Source of the DNA: Squalus acanthias | Taxonomy: Eukaryota | Assembly: GCA_030390025.1 (NCBI GenBank) | Contig: CM059434.1 | Span: 43,772,001-43,836,000, forward strand | Direction: 5' to 3' | DNA: 64,000 nt | Part shown: one piece after another, positions 38,386 through 49,015 of the stretch | How positions within the stretch are numbered: the stretch's first letter is position 1 | How the letters are laid out: the number at the start of each line of letters is the position of its first letter | Program-made: the position numbers and the translations under genes | Notes under the pieces: generated by a model | What the model was told of the DNA's origin: nothing | The model's input: only the letters and a program-made list of their open reading frames with translations | Database searches by the model: none

Positions 38386-39576
38386 CTTCAGTGAAACAGT
38401 ATTCAGTCCTCCAAGTTTTGGTCATTTACTGTAGTCATACATAAGCAGTTGTGTTTGGAAACAATATAAAACCATTGAGCAACAAGCATAGAGAAGTAGT
38501 AGGATGTACATGAGAAAGGTAAGTTACCCAGCCGCTCCTCCTATCAGAGACTTAGAAGGGTTATATAGTTTGGTCACACAATCATGTAACGCTGTGCTGG
38601 AACAACAGCCTCCAATCTGCTGTGCATATTAGTTTTCAAATTGTGCTGTATATTATCTTAATGCGTTCATATCAAATGCCTACGTCCACCATTTTACCCA
38701 TTGATTTTAAACGAGTTAACACCTCTGTTAAAATAGTGACAGAGGAAGTTGCTATGAATTTGTTAAGCATTCGTACAATATCATGCAGGGTAATTTCAAG
38801 GCTAATGTGTCCTCTGCACTTTATCTCATGAATTGTTGTGCATTAACATTATTCAGGCTGTAAGGTCTGCATCCTTTCCGCTCGCATATAGTTACAAGGT
38901 AACTGGTTGGGTTTGGAAGGGGTGTGTCAGCGTTTATTTGGTACTTTTGGACTAATTCAGTTCCAGGGAGAACCATTGCAAAATCTCTATCATGGCACAG
39001 AAGACTGTCAAATCTCTGCACATTGATTACTCAGTGAACACTGATGCTGTAAGAAATTTGCCATTTGCTATTAGAAATTTTCCCTGGCTTGAATTACAAT
39101 TTTTTTCTTGCATGCTCCTTTTCCAACCCCTGAAGGCACTGGTTTATGGTGGCACAAAGTGCCACAGCCGGCCAAGCCATCCACCACCCCACCCATGAGC
39201 CACCTTAGACAGTGAATGCCAGTGAGCTATTCAACCATGGAAAGCGTAGCCAAGCCCAATGCTGTTCTCAACCATCATCCACACGGGCATTTTCCATCAG
39301 GGGTCACCGGGTAGAATTCAAGAGCAAGAAACCTGGGTGACTTTCCAAGCTTAGAATACTGAATCTAACTGCAATTACCCTATTGAAAAGGTCACAATTT
39401 TTCAATGTTATTTAAAAGTGTATATTATTTTAAATGATCCAAGCGCACACTTGTGATGAAGTCATAACATTTGGCACTTGTATTTTACAACAAGGGCTAG
39501 AGGCCTTGCAAGATTCGGTTGCTTTGATTAAGTATGCCTGATTTGGGTTTAGGATTCTAGAACATGTGACCTACTT

Positions 39577-39965
39577 CACGATCCTTGTCTTCACTTTCAA
39601 ATTCCTGCCTGGTCTCACTCCATCTTACCTTAGCAATCCCTTCCAGTACATACGTCTCCGCACACACCCTCTGCTTCTCTGGCATCAGATTATTCTTTGT
39701 TCATTATTCTCTCTGTACCACCATCGGCAGCCATTCTTTTAGCCACACTGCCCCTGCCCTCTGGAATTCCCTCTCTAAATCGCTCTGCCTTGTCACCTCC
39801 TTTCAAGAACCTTTGAAAAACCCTTCATGCCTTCAGCCTCCCCCCAGCAAGCTTTCCGTTATCCCATTTCTCTCTTCCTCAGTGTCCCCTGCTTTCTTCC
39901 ACCTGTAAATACTCTTGAGGCATCTTTCTGTATATAAGGAGTGCAATAGAAATGCAAGTTATTGA
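39577..39965 (+). mobile_element. L2 LINE 3' fragment (old)
   Basis: TTIGSHSFSHTAPALWNSL motif; tail …gtgcaatagaaatgcaagtt. Confidence 0.7.
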
Positions 39966-40106
39966 CGATATTCAACGCCATTTTCAAGAGATTTAAAACA
40001 GCTACTCTGAGCTCAGGAAACCTTCATCCATGGGTGATATAAATTTAAGCTGAGCCCTCACTTCAGTTAAGATGGAAAGGACCAGGAAAGGCAGAGAGCG
40101 ACTGAC

Positions 40107-40175
40107 CTGGATTTGCTGTTGGAGAAGGTTGATTTTGTGTTGCTGCTGCAATAGTTGCTGCTGTTGTCTTGCGAT
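40107..40175 (-). CDS. SOX6: SoxD-group transcription factor coding exon (69 nt; Q-box), SOX6-like
   Basis: Translates [23 protein letters not shown], matching the SOX5/SOX6 Q-box as I recall it. Acceptor tttcctcttctccag, donor CAG|gtcagt, phase 0-0, in frame with the 48677-48849 exon. Confidence 0.85.
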
Positions 40176-41147
40176 CTGGAGAAGAGGAAAAATATATTTT
40201 TTTAAAAAATACAAAATTAACAAAATAAATCAAAACATAACTTTTTTTTGCTGTTTCAAATAGGCTGCCAACAAGGAAGAAACAAGTTGTTTTTATTGCG
40301 CCCATCCATCTAACTACATTCCCGCTTCATTGAGCATGACAACCCAGTTTTAAGTGTCATTTAATTTTCATTTTCAAATATAATTACAAAGTGTTCACTG
40401 TAAGATATCACTCGTCTGCAAATGTGTCAAGATTAATTTGAGCTAGCTTATTCACAAGTGTCAACAGTTAATTACTGTGTCGTGTCTGCATATCTAAATG
40501 ACATCCTAACTTCTTATTTTGTACGTATTCTTGTATCTTATTTCCCATTATAAGCCGAGTGTATACGCTTGCATGTGGGCAAATATTTGGACACGGAAAG
40601 CTTGGTGATCTGAGGCTGATTAAAACAAGCGCAACGTATGAGCTCTATTATACACTGCTCTCTATAATAATATGGTGGGACTGTCAATATGATTTCACTA
40701 ATAAGCCCCATTTAGGAAGGCATTCTTTACTCTGGAGTGACTGTGGAGTGGGTACAATTGTGTCTTAAAAAACTGAGATGCGACTGGGGATGCCTGACTT
40801 TAGATTGCGAGATCAGACTATGGAGCACAGCTGCAATCAGCTTGTGATTGTAATTACTAATTCCAGTCATTAATAAGGATCATTTTTGGCTGCGACCTTA
40901 CTCTCAAAAAAACTGTTCTCTAATTTTACGGTTCTAATATGGCAATTTTTCTCCAAGGGTTAAGATCATAAGATAGGTTTGGATAAAGAAGGCCCCCCTA
41001 CAGATTTGATCTGATTCTTCACAATCCTACTAACTTCCCATTACAGCATTGAGCGAGTCCAGTTGTCCTGGTCTCAACCACACTTCCTAGCCACCATTCC
41101 AGCTACTGATCACTCTCATATAACCAACTACATGCTGATGTCAATCA

Positions 41148-41432
41148 TAATTTGCGCCACACAAGTGCCAGGCAATGACTATCTCCAACAAGTGAGAGTC
41201 TAACGAAAGTCACACACCATCCTGACTTAGAAGTATATCGCCGTTCCTTCATCGTCGCTGGGTCAAAATCCTGGAACTCCCTCCCTAACAGCACTGTGGG
41301 AGTACCTTCACCACACGGACTGCAGCGGTTCAAGAAGGCGGCTCACCACCACCTTCTCAAGGGCAACAAGGGCTGGGCAATAAATGCTGGCCTTGCCAGC
41401 GACACCCACATCCCATGAATGAATTAAAAAAA
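41148..41432 (+). mobile_element. CR1-group LINE 3' end with internal deletion
   Basis: caaaatcctggaactccctccctaacagcactgtgggagtacc…ggcaataaatgctggccttgccagcgac; reverse complement of 59890-60100. Confidence 0.85.
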
Positions 41433-41653
41433 ATAAGCTTTCCCTTCAGAATCCTGAATCTGTACCCTCTTGTCCTGCTGCCTTGGCTTATCTGAAAGTA
41501 TTGTTACAGGTTCACTCTCTTTGTCCTGTTAAGTTCCCATCTAAGACATCTTTTTTTTGAGATCGAAGAGCCCCAACTTGTGTCATTATTCCTAATCCTT
41601 GAACAATGGGGATTAGCCTCATCGTTCTCCTCTGTACTGCCCCTAGAACCTGA

Positions 41654-41945
41654 ATGCCTCGATTTTAAAATTCTCATCCTTGTTTTCAAATCCCTCCATG
41701 GCCTCTCCCCACCCTATCTCTGTAATCTCCTCCAGCCCTACAACCCTCCGAGATATCTGCGCTCCTCCAATTCTGCCCTCTTGAGCATCCGTGATTTTAA
41801 TCACTCCACCACTGGCGGCTGTGCCTTCATGCCAAGGCCCTAAGCTTTGGAATTCCCTCCCTAAACCTCTCCACTTCTCTATCACTTAAGACACTCCTTA
41901 AAACCTACCTCTTTGACTGAGCTTTTTGTCACCTGTCCTAATATA
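41654..41945 (+). mobile_element. L2 LINE ORF2 C-terminal fragment
   Basis: DFKILILVFKSLHGLSPPYLCNLLQPYNPPRYLRSS…GG.AF, then LWNSLP in a shifted frame; typical L2 end. Confidence 0.85.
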
Positions 41946-42986
41946 TTTCACAGTGACCAGAACTCATCGCAGCTGTTCTGTCCCACAGACAGTGGAAAAA
42001 TAAAATGACAGTCTCTGGTGTGGATTCATTCTCTTGTGAAAAATATCTTCATCTTAAAACAATTACTTTGTTCCCTTTTTATGTTGATTTTCTCACATGT
42101 GCTTTGTTAACACAGAGAATCCTCATAATAACAGTAGCTCACATCAAGATGCACCCCTCCCCGCCCCCATTGGCCGAGTAAAAATAACACAGAAAATAAC
42201 TATTTTAAAGAATACCTCAAAATTCTATAAGCAGTGAGGAAAAATTACATTCCACTCTTTCTGTGTGAAATAATGGGGGCGAGTTTCAACTTGTGCCCAA
42301 AACGGGCGCCGTGGTCGAGGCAATTGCATTGTTTGCCCGATGACGTCTATGTGAGGTACGAGGTGCGAGGATAAGTAACACAGTCTTACCCAACACTCAT
42401 GCTCCTCTGAGTCATAAATATTTTTATACATGCACCATCTTTGATTAAGCTGTAATTTCTTTCTTCAGTAATTTAAAAATGTTTTCCCCTCTTCTGTTTC
42501 TGTGTCCTAATTCGATATTTTTCTGATCTAATGAGCCTTTTCCTTAGGATCTTGGATTAGTTGTGCTTTTTTTCTCAGGTTACCGCACCCCAGCCCCCCT
42601 CCTTTATCCCAGATCCCCTTAAAACCTCTGCTCTTCTTTTATCCTCAGCCTTTTCATTCCCATGGCCATCTTCTCTACATTTCCCAGATCCCCATCCCTT
42701 ACCCTTTTCCCTCATGCTCCTGGGTCCAGGATGTTTTTCCCTCACCCTCTCATAACCCTCAGAACTCTTCCCTCAATGTTCTGGACACCCTTTACCCTTC
42801 TTTTTCAGCTTCCTGGAACCCTCATGCCAATCCTTTTCTCTCAGACCCATGGGCCCCCATATCTTCTCCCTGACTTGGTCATTTGGCGCTGTCAATTCAA
42901 CTCAACTCATTTTCTCATTCTCCAGCACCCATTCATCATCTCAGACCGCCAGTTCTTCCCTCCCATGTCCAGATCAGGGAAATGAT

Positions 42987-43437
42987 GTGGTGTCAGCCGT
43001 GTCTCAGTGGTAGCACTCTTGCCTCTGAGTCAGAAGGCTGTGGGGACAAGTCTCATTCCAGAGATGATCAAGGCTGCTACTCCAGTGCAGTACTGAGGGA
43101 GTACTGTACTGTCTGAGGTGCCGTATTTCAAATGAGACGCTAAACTGAGGCCCCACCTGCCCTCTCAGGTGGACATAAAAGATCCCATGGCACTATTCGA
43201 AGAAGAACAGGGGAGGTCTCCACTGTGTCCTGGCCAATTTTTATCCCTCAACCAACATCACTAAAACACAATACCTGGTCATTGCTGTTTGTGGGAGCTC
43301 GCTGTGCGCAAAATTGGCTGCCACGTTTCCAATGTTACAACAGTGACTGCATTTCAAAAGTATTTAATTGGCTGTAAGTGTCTTGGGACGTCCTGAGGTT
43401 GCAAAAAGCGCGATATAAGTGCAAGTCTTTTTTTATT
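42987..43437 (+). repeat. Deu-domain SINE, near full length
   Basis: tcagtggtagcactcttgcctctgagtcagaagg…cagtgcagtactgagggagt…caggtggacataaaagatcccatggcactattcgaagaaga…ataagtgcaagtctttt. Confidence 0.85.
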
Positions 43438-44364
43438 CCCTCTGCTTCCTGGACTATTAATGTGTTCCCTTATATCTTCCAGAAGCTGCTCATTCTCACC
43501 TCTGCGTTTAGCAGAGACTAGCCCCCTGAGAGCAATTTCACAGAGAGGCAGATATACTGTAGCTAACATCACCACAGGACTGTAATGACAACAACTGGTG
43601 ACTGGCAGAAGCGGTGAAATTGGCTAAGAAGCTTGACAGCACCTGTCAGGAATTCCTAGTCTAAACAAAATCAGATACTTTGAGAAAAGTGGCAGGCGAA
43701 ATGTCAAGCTTATGTTTCCAATTCCTATTGTTTTCAATTCCTGTCGGTACTGGACACAAGGGTTAAAACATTTGGTCAGGGATAATAACTGTGTCTCACA
43801 GTCGCATTTAAATTGCCATAAAGAGCTTCCTGATGATTCAACAAATTAATCCAATGAGTAGCTGAGCCACAGAGACCAGGAAGGCCCCAGGCTTGACTCC
43901 CAGAATATGATGAAGTAGCTCATCTCAATGAAGATATCATTTGGAACACTCCAATTGGCCCTGTGCTGGGAAAAGAAAAATTGAACAGAGTTCTTGCTCC
44001 TGATCACTATCCAATAATCCTGTCCTCGAGGTGCACGTGTATGAATTTCAGATGAGGACATGATCAGACTGGGTTGTAATGCTCCCCTTCAGCGATTAGC
44101 CTGCTGACAGTCACTGTCAAGGCTCACAGATGCATAATGGCCACTTGGGTGAGATACAGGTGCCTGTGGAGCCATGACCTTTTAAGGAAGGAATGGAAGA
44201 AAATTGGCACGGAAAATTTAAAAAAATGCTGTGAAAAATCAAATCACAAAATAAATACAGTAAACAACAGCCCACCGTCTCTGGGAGGATTAGTCAGGGC
44301 CTAAGACTACCTGAACCAAGAGCAGTTTAACTCCAGACCCATTCTGGAGTCAGTGCTCAGCTAA

Positions 44365-44892
44365 CCTTGGTTAGACCACACTTAAGAGTACTGTGTGCAG
44401 TTCTGGTCACCATATTATAAAAAGGATATAGAGGCACTGGAGAGGGTGCAGAGAAGATTTACAAGGATGATACCAGAAATGCAAAGGTATATATATCAGG
44501 AAAGGATGAACAGGCTGGGTCTCTTTTCTCTTGAAAAAAGGTGGCCGAGGGGTGACCTAATAGAGGTCTTTAAAATTATGAAAAATTTTGATAGAGTGGA
44601 TACAGAGAGAATGTTTCCACTTGTGAGGAAGAGCATAACTAGAGGCCATCAATATAAGATAGTCACCAAGAAATCCAATAGGGAATTCAGAAGAAACTTC
44701 TTTACCCAGAGAGTGGTGAGAATGTGGAACTCGCTACCACAGGGAGTGGTTGAGGCGAATAGTATAGATGCATTTAAGGGGAGGCTAGACAAGCACATGA
44801 GGGAGAAGGGAATAGAGGGTTATGCTGATAGATTTAGATGAGGAAAGATGGGAGGAGGCTCGAGTGGAGCATAAACACCGGCATAGACTGGT
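44365..44892 (+). mobile_element. CR1 LINE 3' fragment (tail continues at 45816-45882)
   Basis: QFWSPYYKKDIEALERVQRRFTRMIP…LGLFSLEKR..RGDLIEVFKIM…TRGH..K…FFTQRVVRMWNSLP; 3' UTR split by a Penelope insertion. Confidence 0.95.
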
Positions 44893-45479
44893 CTTCTTCA
44901 CTTCTTCCCACTGTCCATGGCCCCAAACACCCCTTCCAGGTGAAACAGCAATTTACTTGTACTTCTTGCAATTAGTGTACTGTATTCGCTGCTCACGATG
45001 TGGTCTTCTCTACATTGGGGAGACCAAACGCAGATTGGGTGACCGCTTTGCGGAACACCTCCGTTCAGTCCGTAAGGGGGACCCCGAGCTTCCGGTCGCC
45101 TGTCACTTTAACTCACCGCTTCACTCCCACTCAGACCTCACCGTCCTCAGCCTTTTGCATTGTTCCACGGAAGCTCAGCGTAAGCTCGAGGAACAGCACC
45201 TCATCTTTCGATTAGGCACTTGACAGCCTTCTGGCCTCAACATAGAGTTCAACAATTTCAGATCATAACCTCGGCCCCGATCATATATATATATATATTT
45301 TATCCACACTCTTTGTCTGTCTTTTTTTCTTCTCCCCCACATGGCAGCTGTCTTTCATTCTGCCAGCACAATTTACACTTCATCTAGAGCCATCCTTTGT
45401 TTCTTAACCTGTCCCATTACCATCTCCTTTTGCCTTGAATATCTCTTAATGTCTCTTAACCTCTTCCACCTTCTATCCT

Positions 45480-45609
45480 GATGTGGAGATGCCGGCGTTG
45501 GACTGGGGTGGACAAAAATGAGAAGTCGCACAACACCAGGTTATAGTCCAACAGATTTATTTAAAATTACAAGCTTTCGGAGCTGTCGCTCCTTCTTCAG
45601 GTAGGGTAG
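45480..45609 (-). mobile_element. Short terminal fragment of a second Penelope-like family (B), inserted antisense in family A
   Basis: Interrupts the family A UTR (contiguous in the 2405-2628 copy), is flanked by ctatcct (45473-45479, 45610-45616) and carries a hammerhead motif. PLE assignment is inferred from that motif. Confidence 0.7.
45568..45603 (-). ncRNA. Minimal type I hammerhead ribozyme motif (family B), core intact
   Basis: UAC CUGAAGA A GGAGC gaca GCUCC GAAA GC UU GUA: CUGANGA/GAAA core, 5-bp stem II, palindromic AGCU helix III, 3-bp stem I. Confidence 0.75.
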
Positions 45610-45713
45610 CTATCCTATCACAGACCTTCCCTTTTGTTCTTTCATCCACCCTCCCCCCCCCTTCCCAGCCACTACACTTGCTTAAAAATCTGTTGCATTT
45701 CCTGCTTTTTTCC

Positions 45714-45750
45714 AGTTCTGACGAAAGGTCATCGACCTGAAATGTTAACT
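45714..45750 (+). ncRNA. Minimal type I hammerhead ribozyme motif (family A)
   Basis: AGUU CUGACGA A AGGUC auc GACCU GAAA UG UU AACU: core, 5-bp stem II, 4-bp stem I. Helix III palindrome ACGU appears decayed to AUGU (intact gaaacgttaac survives at ~31530). Confidence 0.75.
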
Positions 45751-47571
45751 CTGTTTCTCTCTTCACAGATACTGCCTGGCCTGCTGAGTATCTCCAGCAT
45801 TTTCTGTTTTTATTGCCGGCATAGACTGGTTGGGCTGAGTGGCCTGTTTCTGTGCCGTACATCCTATGTAATCCTATGTAACCTGAATCCATGGTCAGGC
45901 TAAGGTCTGCCTTCCAAATCAACCACATGTAACCAGACTACAGGCCTGAGCTTCCAATAGGGGGATAAAACAAAAAGTCAGGCAGAACCTAAATGTAGGA
46001 GAAACAAAATTCTAAGGAAGTTAAACAGAGGTAGAGTATAAAAGAACTAAAAGTAGGAGGGGAAAAAAAGAGTGATACAACAGGAAATTTTTTAAAAACA
46101 GTGGAATGATAGGTAGAAGAAAACACTGAAAAGAGAAAAAATTAAACTAAAGAATGACAAAAGGAAAGAAAAAAAACACGAGATCATTTGAAGAGGCGGA
46201 AGGTCTTACTGCTTTGTGTACTGCTGAGGGCACTATTATTAGAATGAAGAAAAAAATAGGGAATTAACTTCCTAATTGGCTGGTCCCAGGAAGTAGGCTG
46301 GGACTGCGGGGCAGGCGGGCTTACAGACTGCAATGCACATCTGCAGCCTGCTCACCCATCTGTGTGCACAATAGCAGTCCTGGTGGGGCAGACTGTGCAG
46401 TTACCCAACTTGTAATTCATTGTAATAGAATTTTAAAAAAAGACATTGTTTGTCAGTAGAGTCACAAAATGATGGAACTCGAGTGACAACAGAAAATTTA
46501 CAAAAGCAGTCCCTTTAATATAAATTTAAAAGGTAAATAGAAAAATAACAGAAAGCAGAAAAACGGAGAAAATAAATAAAGTGCCCTCTCACCATATCCT
46601 CCCCATCCAAGCTCTTTTAAATACCTCATATTCTCTAAGAAATTCTCGTGCTGTCCGAATGATAATTAGGACCCAACGATCTACATTTCCTGGATTAAAT
46701 TAGCAGCACAACATTGTTGTAGATATCAAAGAGGTAATGATACTGGCTAAAGGCAGGAGACTGATCTCCATCTCCAAGTGTTTGCCCATCTACATGAATA
46801 CCACCTAGCCTTCTGTAGGAGAGCAATGGAATTAATGCCAGCCAATACGGTCACTGCTTAACAATTAGTATATCAGGGCTCTGGTGCAACTTTCCAAGAG
46901 CACACACAAACACTCCCATCACCGAGCCACTATTCTTCTTTGCAGCAGTGGATGCTAGCAGTTTATGGTTTAGTTACATCACCTACGCACTGAATTGTTG
47001 CAAATGAACAAGTTGAACCAGCTCAGAAACTCGACCAGAAACAAATGAATGAATAACTTTATGCTAGACTGAGAGAAATATTTTGACGCTGACCTGACCA
47101 AAACCTTTTATCCAGGAAAGTTATTCGATGGAATTTTACAAGCTCTCATGCCTGGCACAGAGCTTTACACTGTGGGAGCATATGTTGCGAATTTGGGTGG
47201 GAAGGTCAGTGAGCCTGCGGGATTTTCCGTCCATTATGATTAATGAATGGAAAATCTTGTGGAGCCAATTGGCTTCCCCACCCCTCCCCCCCCTGCCCCC
47301 AAATTCCCGATCTGCATTTCTCGAGCACTAAACTCCACACTTGGAGCATGAAGCTCTGCATTGGGAGGGCAAATTTGTAAAGTCTACCATATTATTTCCT
47401 ACAACAGAATATGTACAATTTTCACAAGAGGCTGAAACAATTATCTCCTTCAAAAGCAGCAGGTAGGGAACAAGATTAGTGGTTATTAGAATAGCTATAG
47501 ACGCAGAATGTTCCAGCTATGGCACGTAATGGTTATGTGGCATGTGAAACAGTACTGAAAAAGTTTCAGTT

Positions 47572-47756
47572 GGGGTTGTTTTAATTTTGGGCAATAGTGT
47601 AAAATGGGCGATATTGAATTGGCCGCCCAATTTACACCACACCTGAACTTCCCCTCCGTTGACTTCAATGGAAAGGAAAATCGGGCGTGGTGTATAATGG
47701 GCGGCTCATTCGATATCGCCCATTTTACACTATCGCCCAAAGTTAGAATTACCCCC
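47572..47756. mobile_element. Fold-back MITE (~185 bp) with ~70-bp arms
   Basis: ggggtt…tttgggcaatagtgtaaaatgggcgatattgaat vs attcgatatcgcccattttacactatcgcccaaa…acccc; centre ccgttgacttcaatgg shared with ~14640 and ~7700. Confidence 0.85.
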
Positions 47757-48676
47757 AACTTGTGCTTACATTTCTGATTCTGCTGGGTTTACCTGTCTGA
47801 ATTTCACAGGCCTGATAGTTCAGAAAGCTCTGTTCTCGGTGCTGCTCCCTCACTGGCGGAAAATTAAAAAAACATCTCTAACAGGTTGTAGAGAGTGCTT
47901 TTGTTTGAATTCAATTATACAAAATTATTTTTAATTTAGCAGTGATAGTGGGTTGGTGTTTTGCAATGTATATCATGGGGCTCTGAAGCGTGCGACTAAA
48001 TGACAAACACAAAACATTTGGATACTCATGTAGAATGAGATGATTAACACAACTATTTCTGTGCTGGGGAGGTAAGGAATAGACTATGTCTGTGGAGGAC
48101 AGCAGGCTGAGGTTGACCATTGGAGACTGGGAATGAATATTGTGGAATTTTGATTGATTAGCTTTAGGAAGCAGAGAGGCTTGATGCAGAACTTTCTCTC
48201 AGGAGTCTATGATAGGGTATGTTGAGCATGGTCTCTGGAAAGAACGGGCACAATGAGCTGAATGGCTTATTCTCATTTCATGCTTTCTTACAAAGGCTGA
48301 GACAAGCTAGACTGTTTAGGGGCAGCAGGACTGCGCAAAAAGGAAGAAAGCAGGCCCCTAATCTCAGCTCAGCCATTAGAGTGAGGTGCCAAGCAGAAGC
48401 ATGGTGTTTTGCCTGAGAGAGAAAGCACGAGACATTCTGGGCACTTCTGACTAGTTGGTTACAGAAGAACTCAGCACGTCACCTGGCTGTTCATCAGGTC
48501 CAAGTATTGATATCTGGGGTGGGACATCTAGAATGAAGGAAAGACATAAAGAAACATCTTTATCATCAAATTCCCAATTTTTCATTGAAATACCTTTATC
48601 CTTTTGTCACGTGGCTGTTGAAATAACCAGGCCCAGTTAAGATATGGCGGAGTTGGCTTTCACGCCTCAAGCTCAC

Positions 48677-48849
48677 CTGTTCCTGCTGCTGGCGGGCAAG
48701 CTCCATCTGCTGCCTTTGTTTTTCAATTTGCGATGCCGCTAGCTTCTTCTGCTCATCGTGCGCTGCCAGGAGCTGCTCCCGTAAACTAATTAACTGGTTG
48801 ATCATGGCAGACAGCTGCCGTTCCTTTTCTGCAAGGCTTTCTGGCGTAC
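48677..48849 (-). CDS. SOX6: SoxD-group transcription factor coding exon (173 nt; leucine zipper/coiled coil), SOX6-like
   Basis: Translates (G)[57 protein letters not shown], the SoxD coiled coil. Acceptor ttttcctctcctccag, donor CAG|gtgag, phase 1 to 0. SoxD identity is secure; the paralog is not (RQLS..QLIS..LAR resembles SOX6, MINQ/MEL resemble SOX5). Confidence 0.85.
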
Positions 48850-48939
48850 CTGGAGGAGAGGAAAAGTGACACTCAGAGTCAACACAAGAATGGGAGGCAG
48901 AACTTCTAAATGTATAGTAATAGGTTGGGTAGAGAGAGG

Positions 48940-49015
48940 TTACATAGGAACAGGAGTAGGCCATTCTGCCCTTCGAGCCTGCTCCGGCATTCAATTCAAT
49001 TATGGCTGATTTGTA
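48940..49015 (-). mobile_element. CR1 3' tail fragment ~90 nt upstream of the SoxD exon acceptor
   Basis: Reverse complement of the CR1 end at 54765-54840 (gagcaggctcga.gggc.gaatggcctactcctg). Confidence 0.8.

Larger units (their letters stand above)
44893..45815 (+). mobile_element. Penelope-like retroelement 3' portion (GIY-YIG endonuclease + 3' UTR), family A
   Basis: VYCIRCSRCGLLYIGETKRRLGDRFAEHLRSV…PVACHFN…QRKLEEQHLIFRLGT is a PLE GIY-YIG domain with the CxxC insert. Flanked by 15-bp duplication ccggcatagactggt (44878-44892, 45816-45830). Confidence 0.9.
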
